A stretch of 64,000 bases of DNA from Pelagomonas calceolata. Lineage: Eukaryota. Of this stretch, positions 20,116 to 30,680 are shown one piece after another (position 1 is the first letter of the stretch; the number at the start of each line of letters is the position of its first letter). The stretch is taken from the NCBI GenBank assembly GCA_918797485.1, contig CAKKNE010000004.1, forward strand, positions 1,922,001 to 1,986,000, in the 5' to 3' direction. The notes under the pieces are model-generated. The model did no database searches, had not been told where the DNA came from, and saw nothing but the letters and a program-made list of their open reading frames with translations. Both the position numbers and the translations under genes were made by a program.

Positions 20116-20436
20116 GGCTCCCCACCTGCGCGGAAGGCGGCGTTCGCGCGCGAAACCGCCGCCGGTCGCGCGAACCCGTTCTGCCCCTCCGCCGTGCGGC
20201 CGCCGGCGCCGCGCCACCGCTCTGGCGCGGTGTCGACGTGCTCAAGGGGCGAGACGGCGGCAGAATGGCAGCTTTGTTGCAGCAGCGCCCGAGCCGACGC
20301 CGCGTCCGTGCAGCACCCGGGTCCCGCAGGCGCTTCCTTGGGAGGCCCGAGTAGCTGCGCTGCACGTCGTTTTGCAGAGACACCGGCTAGCTTACCCACA
20401 CAGAGCTCTGGTTGGCGTCCGTATCTCGCAAGATTA

Positions 20437-20462
20437 GCTAGCGCCTATGTAAAGATACTAGG
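20437..20462 (-). promoter_or_regulatory. Degenerate GCTAG-box copy
   Basis: Reverse complement CCTAGTATCTTTACATAGGCGCTAGC; upstream of the zinc-knuckle gene. Confidence 0.4.
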
Positions 20463-20600
20463 AATCTGCAGTCCAGCCGGACGGGTGGGCCCGGGGGGAG
20501 CGGGAGGGGTACGGGGAACCCTGCGACGTAACTAGCCTCAGCCTCAGCCTCTGCCCGCCGCGGAGGAACAGCGTCGACCACAGAACTTACTCACACACCA

Positions 20601-21398
20601 CTACCGCCTTTCTCGAAACTCGCGGATGCGCCGGTTCGCCGCCTCGATGACGAAGAACGACGTCGCGTTCACGGGCACGGCGCGCAGCACGACGGGCCCG
20701 TAGCCCCGGTAGAAGCCCCGCGGCCCCTCGGACCGCCAGAGCGTCCGCCACGCGTTTACGTACGACGCGCCCGGCGCCGCCGCCTGCACGCGCGTCTTGA
20801 CCGTGTCCGTCGCCATGAACAGCGTCCACTCGACGAGCCCGCTCAACCCGCCGGCCACGGCCGGCGCGTGGGCCGGCGGCCGCTCCCACCGGTCCAGCAC
20901 GAACTCGTAGGTCGCGAAGAAGGCCATCTGCGACAGCGTCAGGTGCAGGATCGTCGCGACGCCGCCGTGCGCGACGAACCTCAGACCGCGCTGCTTATAC
21001 AACGTGCGCATGGACTCGTAGGCGGACACGTGCATCTTCTGGGCGTTGATCTTCACGACGTCGACGGGGACCGCGCAGAACGACACGGCGAAGCCGCAGG
21101 CCGCGCCCGAGACGGCGCCCCGGGCGACGGGGCCCAGCTCCTTGTCGCCGAGGTATTTCTGGACGTTGTAGTAGGCCGCGTACATGACCGCCCACTGCGG
21201 CGTGACGGTCGCCAGCGGCGCGCCCATGCCCGCGAAGAGCTGGGACCACATGCGCTGCGTCGCGCCCGTCTGCAGCCGCACCTTGATGGTCTCGAAGGGG
21301 TAGCCCACGACGACGGCGCAAGCGCCACCGACCGTGCCCGAGGCGACGCTGCACCAGAGCGGCAGGTCGTAGCGCGAGCCCTCGCCGTCGCTGGCCAT
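20601..21398 (-). CDS. Mitochondrial carrier (SLC25, carnitine/ornithine carrier-like)
   Basis: PFETIKVRLQ, PVDVVKINAQ and ATDTVKTRVQ signature repeats; GFYRGYGPVVLRAVPVNA. Confidence 0.9.
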   Translation of the reverse strand: MASDGEGSRYDLPLWCSVASGTVGGACAVVVGYPFETIKVRLQTGATQRMWSQLFAGMGAPLATVTPQWAVMYAAYYNVQKYLGDKELGPVARGAVSGAACGFAVSFCAVPVDVVKINAQKMHVSAYESMRTLYKQRGLRFVAHGGVATILHLTLSQMAFFATYEFVLDRWERPPAHAPAVAGGLSGLVEWTLFMATDTVKTRVQAAAPGASYVNAWRTLWRSEGPRGFYRGYGPVVLRAVPVNATSFFVIEAANRRIREFRERR

Positions 21399-21677
21399 AT
21401 TCAGGGCGCTGGCGTCCAGTGGTGCTGCTCGTCGAGAGCTTTGCTGGCCACGCGCGCTGCAATTGCGTGCTGGAAAGCTGCACTTGTTTTTTTGCAAGAC
21501 TCCTTTGGTTACCAAGGCAAAAATGATGGGCTGGCCTAGCTCTACTATATGAGGGCGCAGGGGTAGTGGCTGCAGCCGCACAACAGCCGCACAACGTCGC
21601 ATCAATGCCACACAAATGCATAACTACAAGCATTGATGCATGCATGCACAACTGCAAGCAGTGAAATGCTGTAGGCC

Positions 21678-22526
21678 ATGGCTGCACTGGCAGCCGCTGC
21701 GGCGGCGCTCGCCGGGGCGCGCCGGCACGCGGCGGCGGCGCTCGCCGCGGCGCGCCGGCACGCGACGTCGGCGCTCGCCGCGGCGCGCCGGCACACCGTC
21801 GGCTACGACTACGCCACGGTCGTCGAGCGCGGCGAGTGGTGGCGCTTGAGCGCGTCGCTCGTCGGCCCGGGCGGCCTTGCGCCCCTCGTCGTGATGGCCT
21901 ATGCGATACCGTGCGGTCGAGGCACGGTCGCGGACGCGGTGTGGTGGACGGCCGCGCTGCACTCTGGTGGATGTCTCGGGGGCCTCGCCTGGACGCGGCG
22001 CGGCGGCCGGGACGACGTCACGGGCGCCGCGGGCGCCGCCGCGGGCTGGGCGGCGAAACGCGCGACCGACGGCGCGGTCGGCGCGCCCGCGCTCGTCGTC
22101 GCGGTCGCGCTCCTAGCGCCGACGCGGCCGCGGGCTCCCTTGTTCGCTGCGGCGGCCCTGGGCGCGGCGTCCGTCGCGTGGCCCGTCGTCGCGGCCGTCG
22201 GCGCGTCCGGCTACTGGCGTAGTATCTCCGCCTTCTGGGCGCTCCTGGTCACGCTCGCGTCGCGCAAGGCGACGCGGCCGCGCGCCTGCGTGCCAGGCGT
22301 CGCCTTCGCGCGCTGGCCGCCGCGGCGCCCCCGCGACGCCGACGCCGCGCGGCCCGGCGACGTGTCGCTCGACGGCGCCGCCGGCGACGACCTCCGGCGC
22401 CGGCACCGGAGGCCGCCCGCCCCCGGGCGCCTCGAGCGCGGGCGCCGGCGCGTGCCCCGGGCGCTCGGCGCCCACGGCGGGCCCGTGTTCCCGTGGCTCG
22501 TGGTCGACGACCGGCCCGCATCGTAA
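21678..22526 (+). CDS. Hypothetical membrane protein, weakly rhomboid-like
   Basis: DYATVVERGEWWRL resembles the rhomboid WR loop; several hydrophobic segments; N-terminal 10-aa repeat (AALAAARRH) x3. Confidence 0.45.
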   Translation: MAALAAAAAALAGARRHAAAALAAARRHATSALAAARRHTVGYDYATVVERGEWWRLSASLVGPGGLAPLVVMAYAIPCGRGTVADAVWWTAALHSGGCLGGLAWTRRGGRDDVTGAAGAAAGWAAKRATDGAVGAPALVVAVALLAPTRPRAPLFAAAALGAASVAWPVVAAVGASGYWRSISAFWALLVTLASRKATRPRACVPGVAFARWPPRRPRDADAARPGDVSLDGAAGDDLRRRHRRPPAPGRLERGRRRVPRALGAHGGPVFPWLVVDDRPAS

Positions 22527-22538
22527 GTTTGCACATGT

Positions 22539-23216
22539 TCACAACTTACTCGACTCGGAGGAGAAGAAGGACGAGGTCTTTCTCTGCTTCTTCGCGGGCG
22601 GCCCGTCCGGGGCCTCCGCGAAGATCTCGTCGCCGACCCGGATCTCGCCCTCCTGGACGACGCGGGCGAACCAGCCGCGCTGCCCGGGCCCGGTGTCTTG
22701 CCCGAGCGGGCCGTTCCACGCCGTGAAGCCGTGCGCCAGCCTCGTCGTCTCGCGCGGCCACCCGGGCCACCGCGCCTCCGCCGCCGCGAGCCGCCTCCAG
22801 AGCGGGGTCAGGTTCGGGCACGGCTCGTTGAATTGGGTGACGACGCACCTGACGCCGCCGATGGACAGCCGCATGCCCACGGCGAGCGACAGCGAGTTCT
22901 CGCCGCCGACGCCCCGCCAGGTCACGTTGTCGCCCCCGAAGCCGGGCTCGACGAGGCCGCCGAAGCCCTCGCCAACGGCCGTGCACAGGAGCGACAGCGC
23001 GCGACGGTGGCGCTCGTCGCCCACGACGTCCCCGGATCCTTTTGGGGATTTTCTTTTGTAGGCGTTCACGTCCTTGCGGCCGTCCAGGGTCTCGCAGCCC
23101 GTCGTGGTCACGCGCAGCGCATCATACTTGGGCTTGTGGGCGCCTTTTTTATTTTTGACCTTCTCGCCGCAGCTCAGGACCTCGACGCGCCCGAGGAGCC
23201 TCCTGTCCGCCTCCAT
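22539..23216 (-). CDS. MOSC domain protein (YiiM-like)
   Basis: RALSL, PGFGGDNVT, GMRLSIG, VTQFNEPCPNL, RGWFARVVQEGEIRVGDEI. Confidence 0.85.
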   Translation of the reverse strand: MEADRRLLGRVEVLSCGEKVKNKKGAHKPKYDALRVTTTGCETLDGRKDVNAYKRKSPKGSGDVVGDERHRRALSLLCTAVGEGFGGLVEPGFGGDNVTWRGVGGENSLSLAVGMRLSIGGVRCVVTQFNEPCPNLTPLWRRLAAAEARWPGWPRETTRLAHGFTAWNGPLGQDTGPGQRGWFARVVQEGEIRVGDEIFAEAPDGPPAKKQRKTSSFFSSESSKL

Positions 23217-24007
23217 TGGCAGATCGATGCGACGCCGCCGGTTGTCCACACCCAATGCAAAATGGCACGCGCGGAGATCGGTCGGACTATATTCAAAAAA
23301 TATTTGTGCTGGATATCCGCAGCAATGCGGTCCAAAAACACGAGAGCCGAGGCTGCCAGGACATGGACGCGGTGCTGATACCTTATGGTAACCTTGTGGT
23401 ACCTCGAGGCGCCTTACCTACGGTACTTAAGTAGAGGTATAAAAGATAGGATAATGGTGAAAACGGGTACAGGGGAATTTTTTGCTGTTGCGTCACCACT
23501 AGGAGGGACTATGAAACCGGTATTAAATATTTGATGAACCGACTGTGACCCTCAGTGTGCATGCCGCGGCGTGAACGCGCGGTTATATATTAAAAAAAAA
23601 ATAGAAAAGGGCAATGAAGCTATATCTGCGAGTATCCGCGATGCCACCTATACAAGGGCTAATAGCACCGTATTACATTCGATCGGCTGACCTGGGATAT
23701 GCGCAAAGAGTTAGAAAATCCGCACATACTATGCGCTTCCTTTTGGCGCAGCGGCGGCGTGTGGCGGTGTTAGTTGTTTCTGGCGTCCAGCTCAGGACGC
23801 GCCCGATGGGCAGCCGTAGCGACGCCTGTAGGTCCGACGCCGAAGGCTATCCACACCGGATGGCCAGCACTGCCACTGGGGCAGCCTCTCGGGGAGCCCG
23901 GCTCTCGCCGAAGAAACAGTGGCACCCGCGCGTTGGGTGACGGAAGAAGGACAGGAGCGCCCGACAGCTATAAGCAAACATATATATAACACAGGGGCCG
24001 GAGTCGG

Positions 24008-24895
24008 TCACGTGCGCGCGCGCTTCGGCGGCGGGCTCGTCGTCTTGTGGAGCCGCTCGAGGTCGGCCGCGGGCCCGGCGAAGGCCGGGCAGGGCGCCGC
24101 CGCCGCCGGCGCGGCCGCGGCCGCGGCCGCGTCGGGGTCCTCCTCGCCCTCGCGGATGCGCGACGCCGCCTCGCGCAGGTTCAGGATGGCGTCGAGCGCG
24201 TCCGTCTCGGCCGCGCCGACGCCGCCGAGCGTGCTCAGCTGCTGCGACGACGAGGACGGCGACAGGGGCGGCGGGTCCACGGACCGCGTGCCCCGTATCC
24301 GGTCCGACGCCGCCGCGATGTCCCGGTACAGGTCCTCGGCCTCGCGGATCATCTCCATGAGCCGCGGGTAGCGCGTGAACGGCTGCGGCGCGACGCAGAC
24401 GCGCATGAACTGCGTCCGCGTCGTGAAGCCCGTCTGCTTGTCGTGCTTCTTGAGTATTTTACTAAAGCCGCAATAATTCATGATCGCGTAGTTCTCGAGC
24501 AAGAGTAAATCCCGATAATACGTCACGCACGCCCGCAGGGCCCTATCTGGGGCGTCCTCGAGCAGCCCCAGCCGGTCCTCGTCCTGCAGCTGCCGCAGCG
24601 CCTCGCGCACGCGCTCGCGCCTTACTTCCAACACCAGCTCGGCCTGGCGGAAGAACTGCGCGCTCTTCTGGAGCTCGAATCGTAAGGCTCGAAAAAACGC
24701 AACCTCCGGCGCGCTCTTGGCCATGGTCGCCTTCTCGCAGTCTCCTCGTTCACAACACTCCGCGACGGGCGGCGACGACGGGTCCGCCTTAATCTGTTTG
24801 ATGCACTTCTTTAGCAATTTATACTGCATGAAGTAGGGCGCCCACTCCGCGTCGCTCACGCGGACGACGCGGTGCATGTCGTGGCCGAACTTCAT
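24008..24895 (-). CDS. Stand-alone SPX domain protein (phosphate/InsP sensor)
   Basis: MKFG, YKLLKKCIK, ELQKSAQFF, LLENYAIMNYCGFSKILKKHDK. Confidence 0.92.
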   Translation of the reverse strand: MKFGHDMHRVVRVSDAEWAPYFMQYKLLKKCIKQIKADPSSPPVAECCERGDCEKATMAKSAPEVAFFRALRFELQKSAQFFRQAELVLEVRRERVREALRQLQDEDRLGLLEDAPDRALRACVTYYRDLLLLENYAIMNYCGFSKILKKHDKQTGFTTRTQFMRVCVAPQPFTRYPRLMEMIREAEDLYRDIAAASDRIRGTRSVDPPPLSPSSSSQQLSTLGGVGAAETDALDAILNLREAASRIREGEEDPDAAAAAAAPAAAAPCPAFAGPAADLERLHKTTSPPPKRART

Positions 24896-25470
24896 CTCTT
24901 TTTATATCAGTGTGGCTTGGCGTGGCGCGGCGGCGTCAGATAGCAGGTCGCGGCGGTGACGAGGGCGACGCCTCGCGCCAGATATCAGGTCGTGGCGGTG
25001 CGAGCGACGCCTCGCGCGGTGCGGAGCCCGCGTCGACGCCCCGACCGCCGCGGTTTGCCTAGATTCCCACTGAGACGTGGGGGTATGTGCGTTCTTGCGC
25101 ACGGAGAGGCCCAAGCGCTGCGTGTGCCGGACCGTAAAGCACTCCTGGCCCACCGTCGCAGGAATGGGCGCTCTTGGCCGTCTAGATTCGACTGCGCTAC
25201 TTAGCTTGTGTTGCTTTGAGTTTTGCATGTCGCTCGGCGCGGCGCCTTGCTTTCGCCCTGGTGCGGGTCGCCGCGGTCCGCGACGCCTCGTTTGGCTCGG
25301 CTTCGAGCTGGGAAGTATCCGAGACGCGGGTTTTCGCACGGCCCAGCATGCGCAACACGGCAGCTTACCTTTGGTGCGTTATCTTCCTCGGGTCTGACCC
25401 CTGCGCGTCGCGACAGCGGGCGCCAACCCCAGAACACGACCGCACTGCGCAAGCATAGCTGCGAGCCAAT

Positions 25471-27615
25471 ATGTCGCTCTCACAAGCAACTGAAAGGATG
25501 ATGTGCGCGGCGGCGCAGGACAGCGACGACGAGAACTCCTCCTCGGAAGACGACTCGGACGAGGAGCCGGTGCCGTCGTTCGCGGAGCTCGTGGGGAGGA
25601 AGCCGGCCGCCGCGGGGCCGCCGTGCACGTGCGACCTGGACCCGTGCCTCTGCGCGGCCGGCGGTAGAGCTTTCAAGGCCAAGCGCGACGACCAGCAGGT
25701 CGTCACGCCCGCGCGCGACGGGTTAAAATTAGACGACGACACGCGCCTCGACGCGGCGTTGTCAGACCGGCTGCGGCCCCACCAGAGGCGGGGCATCCGG
25801 TTTCTGTACGACCGCGTCGTGAAGGACGGCAAGGGCTGCGTCCTGGCGGACCACATGGGCCTGGGCAAGACGCTGCAGTTGATCGGGACGTTGCAGTCGT
25901 GGTTCGCGAACCGTCGGGAAAGGACGGCATTGGTCGTGGCGCCGGCCTTCGTGCTGCCGAACTGGCTGGACGAAGTGGAGAAGTGGCTGCCCAAGGACCG
26001 GAGCATCCGGATGCGGCCCCTACCCAAGGGCGACCGCGCGCCGACGATAAAGAAGTGGGCCCGCGAGGGCGGGTGTTTGTTGGTGGGCTACGAGATGTTT
26101 CGTTTGATAGTCTCTCAAAATGATGACCTCGCCAAGTTAGTTCTCGGGACGGGCCTCGTCGTGCTCGATGAGGCGCATCGGCTCAAGGAACCGAAGTCTC
26201 AAATCTACAAGGCGTTGACGAAGATCACGACGCGGAGGCGGATCCTGGCCACGGGCTACCCCATCCAGAACCGGCTGGACGAGTACTACGCGCTCGTCGA
26301 CTATGCGAGACCCAACATACTGGGAGACGATGATCTGTTCAAGCGTTTCTTCGAAGGGCCCATCGTCGCGTATTTGGACGGGGGTAAGAACCGGGGCGAG
26401 GCTTTAAGAAGAGCGCACGCCCTGAGAAATGCGTTGGAGGACGTGGTATTGCGGCGGGGCGCGGATACGTTGGGAGACGATTTACCAAGAAGAAGAGATT
26501 GGGTCGTCGAGTGCGCATTGACGGAGGTGCAACGGAAACTCTACGATGCTTTTGTGGAGAGCGGCGCGGCCGAGTCCACGAACAGTCGGGGCGAGCTGGC
26601 GGCCTATCATACTGCATTAGCGATCTGCAACCACCCGGACATTATTGATAAGCATCTGAGCGAGGAGGAGCGCCTGTTCTCCGCGGATACGAGGAGCGAG
26701 GAGGTCGTCACGGGCGACGCCTGGGCGGCGCCGGAGGTCGTCGCGCGCGAGGCGTCGCGCGCGGCCGCGCGGCAGCTGCGGGACGAGTCGAAGCGCGACC
26801 AGCACCGCGTCAAAGCTCGCAAGAAGAACGGGTTGGACGACGCCGAGGCTTTTTGTGGGTCATTACGAGCCTGGGCGGCGCCCGTGCTGACGGACCACGC
26901 GGCCGGATCGACACGAGCGTCGGGCAAGGCCCAGGTGTGCCTCGCGCTGCTCGCGGAGGTGAAGAGGAGGGGCGAGCGCTGCGTCGTGTTTACACAGACG
27001 CTCGGGACCTTGGACGTCCTCGAGGACCTGCTCGCGTCCACCGACATCGCCTGGTGCCGGATCGACGGGTCGACGCCCGCGGCGGCGCGCTCGGAGATCG
27101 TCCACGCCTTCAACGCCCGGAAGGAGCAGGGGAAGCGCGTGAAGCGCGACGCCGTCGACGCCTTACTCGTTTCCATAAGAGCGGGCGGCGAAGGGGTCAA
27201 CATGACGGGCGCGTGCCGCGTCGTTCTGTATGATGTGTGCTGGAACCCGTGCTTCGACCGGCAGGCCATGTGCCGCGCGCACCGCCTGGGGCAGAAGCGC
27301 GAGGTGAACGTTTACAGGTTGGTGGCGCCCGCCGGCACGATGGAGGCTAGGGTCTTCCAACTGCAGCGGCGGAAGGAACTACTCGTAAGGGAGGTGATCC
27401 AGCAGCGGGGCGTGAGCGTCGAGGCGGCGCGGCTCGTCGCGGGGGCCGGCGACGAAATACTAAAGACGGTCGTGGCCGCGCACGCCGCGGCCGTCGTGGG
27501 CGTCCGGGAGGACCCGCTGGAGACGGCGCCGCCGGTGCCCCTCCAGAAGCTCCTGACCGAGCCGGAGAAGCGGCGCGCCGTCGACGAGTGGGCCGCGGCG
27601 CGCGCGTCGAATTAA
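25471..27615 (+). CDS. SNF2-family helicase (ATRX/RAD54-like)
   Basis: GCVLADHMGLGKTLQ, LDEAH, TGYPIQNRLDEY, RIDGST, GVNMTGA, WNP...QAMCRAHRLGQKREV; start could be 25498. Confidence 0.92.
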   Translation: MSLSQATERMMCAAAQDSDDENSSSEDDSDEEPVPSFAELVGRKPAAAGPPCTCDLDPCLCAAGGRAFKAKRDDQQVVTPARDGLKLDDDTRLDAALSDRLRPHQRRGIRFLYDRVVKDGKGCVLADHMGLGKTLQLIGTLQSWFANRRERTALVVAPAFVLPNWLDEVEKWLPKDRSIRMRPLPKGDRAPTIKKWAREGGCLLVGYEMFRLIVSQNDDLAKLVLGTGLVVLDEAHRLKEPKSQIYKALTKITTRRRILATGYPIQNRLDEYYALVDYARPNILGDDDLFKRFFEGPIVAYLDGGKNRGEALRRAHALRNALEDVVLRRGADTLGDDLPRRRDWVVECALTEVQRKLYDAFVESGAAESTNSRGELAAYHTALAICNHPDIIDKHLSEEERLFSADTRSEEVVTGDAWAAPEVVAREASRAAARQLRDESKRDQHRVKARKKNGLDDAEAFCGSLRAWAAPVLTDHAAGSTRASGKAQVCLALLAEVKRRGERCVVFTQTLGTLDVLEDLLASTDIAWCRIDGSTPAAARSEIVHAFNARKEQGKRVKRDAVDALLVSIRAGGEGVNMTGACRVVLYDVCWNPCFDRQAMCRAHRLGQKREVNVYRLVAPAGTMEARVFQLQRRKELLVREVIQQRGVSVEAARLVAGAGDEILKTVVAAHAAAVVGVREDPLETAPPVPLQKLLTEPEKRRAVDEWAAARASN

Positions 27616-27626
27616 CCTTAGGAACA

Positions 27627-28031
27627 TTAGGACTCCGCGCCGAGCATCTCGAGATCAAAAACGAGGGCCGTCTTCGGCGGCACGAGGTAGGGGAAGCCCC
27701 GGTCGCCGTAGGCCCGGTCGCACCCCATGCGCACCTTCGCGCGCTCGCCCGCCGAGAGCTGCGCCGCCGCCGCGTCGAGGCCCTCGATGACCTCGTTCCG
27801 ATCCAACCGAAACCGCAGCGGCGCGCCGCGGCGGTGCGTCGCGTCGAAGACGCGGCCGTCCGGCAGGTAGCCCACGTAGTGCACGCTCACCGTCATGCCC
27901 GGCTTCGCGTAGCGGTAGCCGTCGCCGGCGACCATGGTCTCCACTTCCAGTTCGTTGGGGCCGATCTCGGGCTCGGGCTTGATGGGCCGGTTCCACCAGC
28001 GGCTCGACGGCGAGCCGGGCGGGCTGGCCAT
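27627..28031 (-). CDS. FKBP-type peptidyl-prolyl isomerase
   Basis: VSVHYVGYLPDGRVFD, VIEGLD, AYGDRGFPYLVPP...LVFDLEML. Confidence 0.92.
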   Translation of the reverse strand: MASPPGSPSSRWWNRPIKPEPEIGPNELEVETMVAGDGYRYAKPGMTVSVHYVGYLPDGRVFDATHRRGAPLRFRLDRNEVIEGLDAAAAQLSAGERAKVRMGCDRAYGDRGFPYLVPPKTALVFDLEMLGAES

Positions 28032-28053
28032 GGCGCAGTTGGTTATCTCTCCC

Positions 28054-28200
28054 GGCGTGTTGGCCGGCGCCCGGCGTGTGTTTATGGGCAGCGTCTGAGC
28101 GTCGACGTACGGCCCGGTGTTGGCAGCGCCGGGCAGCGTCGGGAGCGTGTGTTTACGGGCAGCGCCGGCGTGTTGGCAGCGCCCGGCGCCCGGCGCCCGG
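28054..28200. repeat. Imperfect GTGTT(G/TA)..GGCAGCG repeat cluster upstream of FKBP
   Basis: About 5 related units, ending in (GCGCCCG)3. Confidence 0.5.
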
Positions 28201-28454
28201 CTAGGACTCCGTCCCGGAAAGGTCCGTACGGGCCGGCGAGCGTCTCGGGGAGGCATGCGCGGGCGCGCCTACGGCTCGGCGCGCAGATCCGCCGGGGCGA
28301 TCTTCTCCGATCTTCGGCCAGAGACAAGCTCTCCCGTCAGCAGGCGGCAAGTAACAAGCGTGTCGACCTCGCGCCGTGTGCCGGGGGTCCTTAGCTTGAC
28401 ATCGTCAAACAAGCGCGTCGCTCGTCGTAGCGGCTGCCCGGACTAAGCCGCACG

Positions 28455-29189
28455 ATGGCCTGGCGCTGCTTCTGCCCTGTGCCCGGGGGGGGGGCTGTGA
28501 ACGCGCCCGGCTCTACAACTTGCAAAACCTGCGGGCTGCCCCGAGCCTCGCGGGCGTGGTTTTTCTTCCGCGATGCCGCGGCGCACGAGCCGTGCCGCGC
28601 GGCCCGGCGCCGCGGTCGCCGCTCCGCGCGCGTCCGCGACCGCGAGCTGGACGCGAAGCTGGAGGCGCTCCGCGGGGGCCCCGCGCCGCGGCGGGCCCAC
28701 GGCCTCGACCCGACCCGGAGGAATCCATCCCTGCCCAGGGAGGTCGTCCAAGGAACCTTCGAATGGGCGCACGGCTACGCCACCGTCGAGGACGCCGCGT
28801 GGGTCGCGGGGATTCCTTACCTGGTGTGCGTCGGCGGCTGGACGCACGCGACGGTCGCGACCGACCCCCACCGCGGCGCGCTGGAGCAGGACCGCGTCGA
28901 GGCCGAGATCGCGGTGCTTAAGGCCAAAAAGGCCTTCCTCGTCCTCAAGCTCCGGGGCGCGCGCGCGCGGGAATGGCTCCGCCGGAACAGGAGCTTCAAG
29001 AACGTGGAGAAGGGGCCGGCGGTGGTTCGCGCGCGCGACGCCGTCCTCGAGAACGCCGCGCGGCTGGACGCCGCGCGGGCCTACCTCGTCGCGCGCCGGG
29101 GGTCGGACCGCGCGTACGAGATGCTCACCAAGGACAAGAAAGGCGCCGACCGCGTACCTCCCCGGAAAGGTCCCCGCGCGCCCTCGTAG
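28455..29189 (+). CDS. Hypothetical protein with N-terminal RanBP2-like zinc finger
   Basis: WRC...N...CKTCGLPR. Confidence 0.55.
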   Translation: MAWRCFCPVPGGGAVNAPGSTTCKTCGLPRASRAWFFFRDAAAHEPCRAARRRGRRSARVRDRELDAKLEALRGGPAPRRAHGLDPTRRNPSLPREVVQGTFEWAHGYATVEDAAWVAGIPYLVCVGGWTHATVATDPHRGALEQDRVEAEIAVLKAKKAFLVLKLRGARAREWLRRNRSFKNVEKGPAVVRARDAVLENAARLDAARAYLVARRGSDRAYEMLTKDKKGADRVPPRKGPRAPS

Positions 29190-29264
29190 GACGCACCCCA
29201 CCACCGAGCTAAGCCTGGATACTGCTAGGGACAGGGACTCGTACTTACACACGGGGGGAGCGAC

Positions 29265-30350
29265 CTACTTCGCGAGCGCGAGGCCGACGCGCGCCTGGCC
29301 GACGTCGAACTTGACGTAGTACTTGCGCATGAAGACGTCGCCGAGGATCCAGAGCGGCGCCTGGCCCTGCAGGTCGATGCCCATCATGCCGAAGAGGCAC
29401 TGGCCCGACTCCTCGATGACGTAGTCCTCGAGGGCGAGGTCGTAGCGCCGGCCCCCGAGCACGAACGTGATGTCGGGCGCCTTGGCGTCGCAGGCGATCG
29501 TGTACTCGCCGGCGAGCGCGGGCTTCGCGCCGACGGCCTTGGCGACGCGCTTGACGTCGTCCTTGGGCCCCGCGAGCAGGGACGTGCCCGAGTCGACGAT
29601 GGCGCGCGTCGCCCGCGTCATGTTCGCGGCGCCGACGGCGAGGCCCTCGAGCTTGATTTCCCAGTAGGTCTTGGACTGGAGCGGCACGTAATGAAAGCTT
29701 CCGGTGTATTTGGTGGAGTCGACGCCGCCCAACATCAATTCGCCGGCCTTCTCGTCTCCCAACGAAAAGGCGAAGACCGGCGCGTCGAGGGACCCTAGCA
29801 AAGCCTGCAGCGGCGTCGGCACGCCGTCCACACTAATACCCGGCCAGGCCAGGCCCAAAATGCCGTCGAACTTGCCCAACCGGTAGCCGACGCCCAGGCC
29901 CGACGTGTCGTCGACCTCGGCGAAGAGGTAGCTCTTTGTTTGGACGTCGCCCACCCTCAACGTGTCGCGCGAGTAGACGCCGCTCACGGGCCCCGAGCCG
30001 TACTGGATGGCGAACTTCGAGCCGTTCTTCACGTAGGTCGACGACGCGTCGTGAGAATAGGTCCGGTGCGTCGAGAGGAAGGGCTTCTTGTTCGGCACCC
30101 AGAGGTTGCTCGACCCGGTGTCGAAGACGACCGCGAGCTTCTGGCCCGGCGTGCCCACACTAATTTCGCCGTAGTACTGGGCGTTCTGGTAGTCCTTGAT
30201 GATGATGGCGTCGCCGTTCTTCAGGTCCGCGGCGACGCGCTGCGTCGAGAAGGCCGTGCGGCTCTGCCTGACCCGCGGCACCCTCGTGAGGGGGACGCGG
30301 TGGACTTCGGCGGCAGCGCGGGCGAGGAGGGCGACGAGGAGGTGCTTCAT
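29265..30350 (-). CDS. Aspartic protease, cathepsin D-like (peptidase A1)
   Basis: Signal peptide; NAQYYGEI, FDTGSSNLWVP, FDGILGLA, AIVDSGTS, WILGDVF. Confidence 0.95.
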   Translation of the reverse strand: MKHLLVALLARAAAEVHRVPLTRVPRVRQSRTAFSTQRVAADLKNGDAIIIKDYQNAQYYGEISVGTPGQKLAVVFDTGSSNLWVPNKKPFLSTHRTYSHDASSTYVKNGSKFAIQYGSGPVSGVYSRDTLRVGDVQTKSYLFAEVDDTSGLGVGYRLGKFDGILGLAWPGISVDGVPTPLQALLGSLDAPVFAFSLGDEKAGELMLGGVDSTKYTGSFHYVPLQSKTYWEIKLEGLAVGAANMTRATRAIVDSGTSLLAGPKDDVKRVAKAVGAKPALAGEYTIACDAKAPDITFVLGGRRYDLALEDYVIEESGQCLFGMMGIDLQGQAPLWILGDVFMRKYYVKFDVGQARVGLALAK

Positions 30351-30417
30351 CAGTTCTCAAATAGATATATAGCGAGAGTAGAGGAAGATGGGCTGCACTT
30401 CGGAGCCCTGGGTGCTT

Positions 30418-30440
30418 GCTAGTGTCTCACCGCCGCTAGC
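30418..30440 (+). promoter_or_regulatory. GCTAG-box intergenic element copy
   Basis: GCTAGTGTCTCACCGCCGCTAGC in the divergent promoter between 30350(-) and 30681(+). Confidence 0.6.
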
Positions 30441-30680
30441 GGTCATTGAAGGAACGGCACCCCTCTCCCGCGATCCCTTCGTCTACGGATCCCTCGCGGC
30501 GGCGGCGCCTACTAGCTTCGTGCGGCAGAGCCGCGAGACAGCGCCACTCTCTTGCATAAGACTCCGTGAACACCCACTCGTGCGGCTGCGACGCGGTTTC
30601 ACCCAAATAACCCTCAGCGAACAACCAGAGTCGCGGGCCGCCGCAGTTACGACGCCGCCCGTGCCGCCGGGGCAGCCGCC

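Noticed and set aside
2820..23216. Pterin/folate/Moco cluster (PTPS-like, PurU, MOSC)
   Set aside because: Spread over 20 kb among unrelated genes; consistent with chance
23260..24000. AT-richer ~750-bp gap with short ORFs as a gene or RNA gene
   Set aside because: No codon bias, motifs or tRNA/snRNA structure; treated as intergenic
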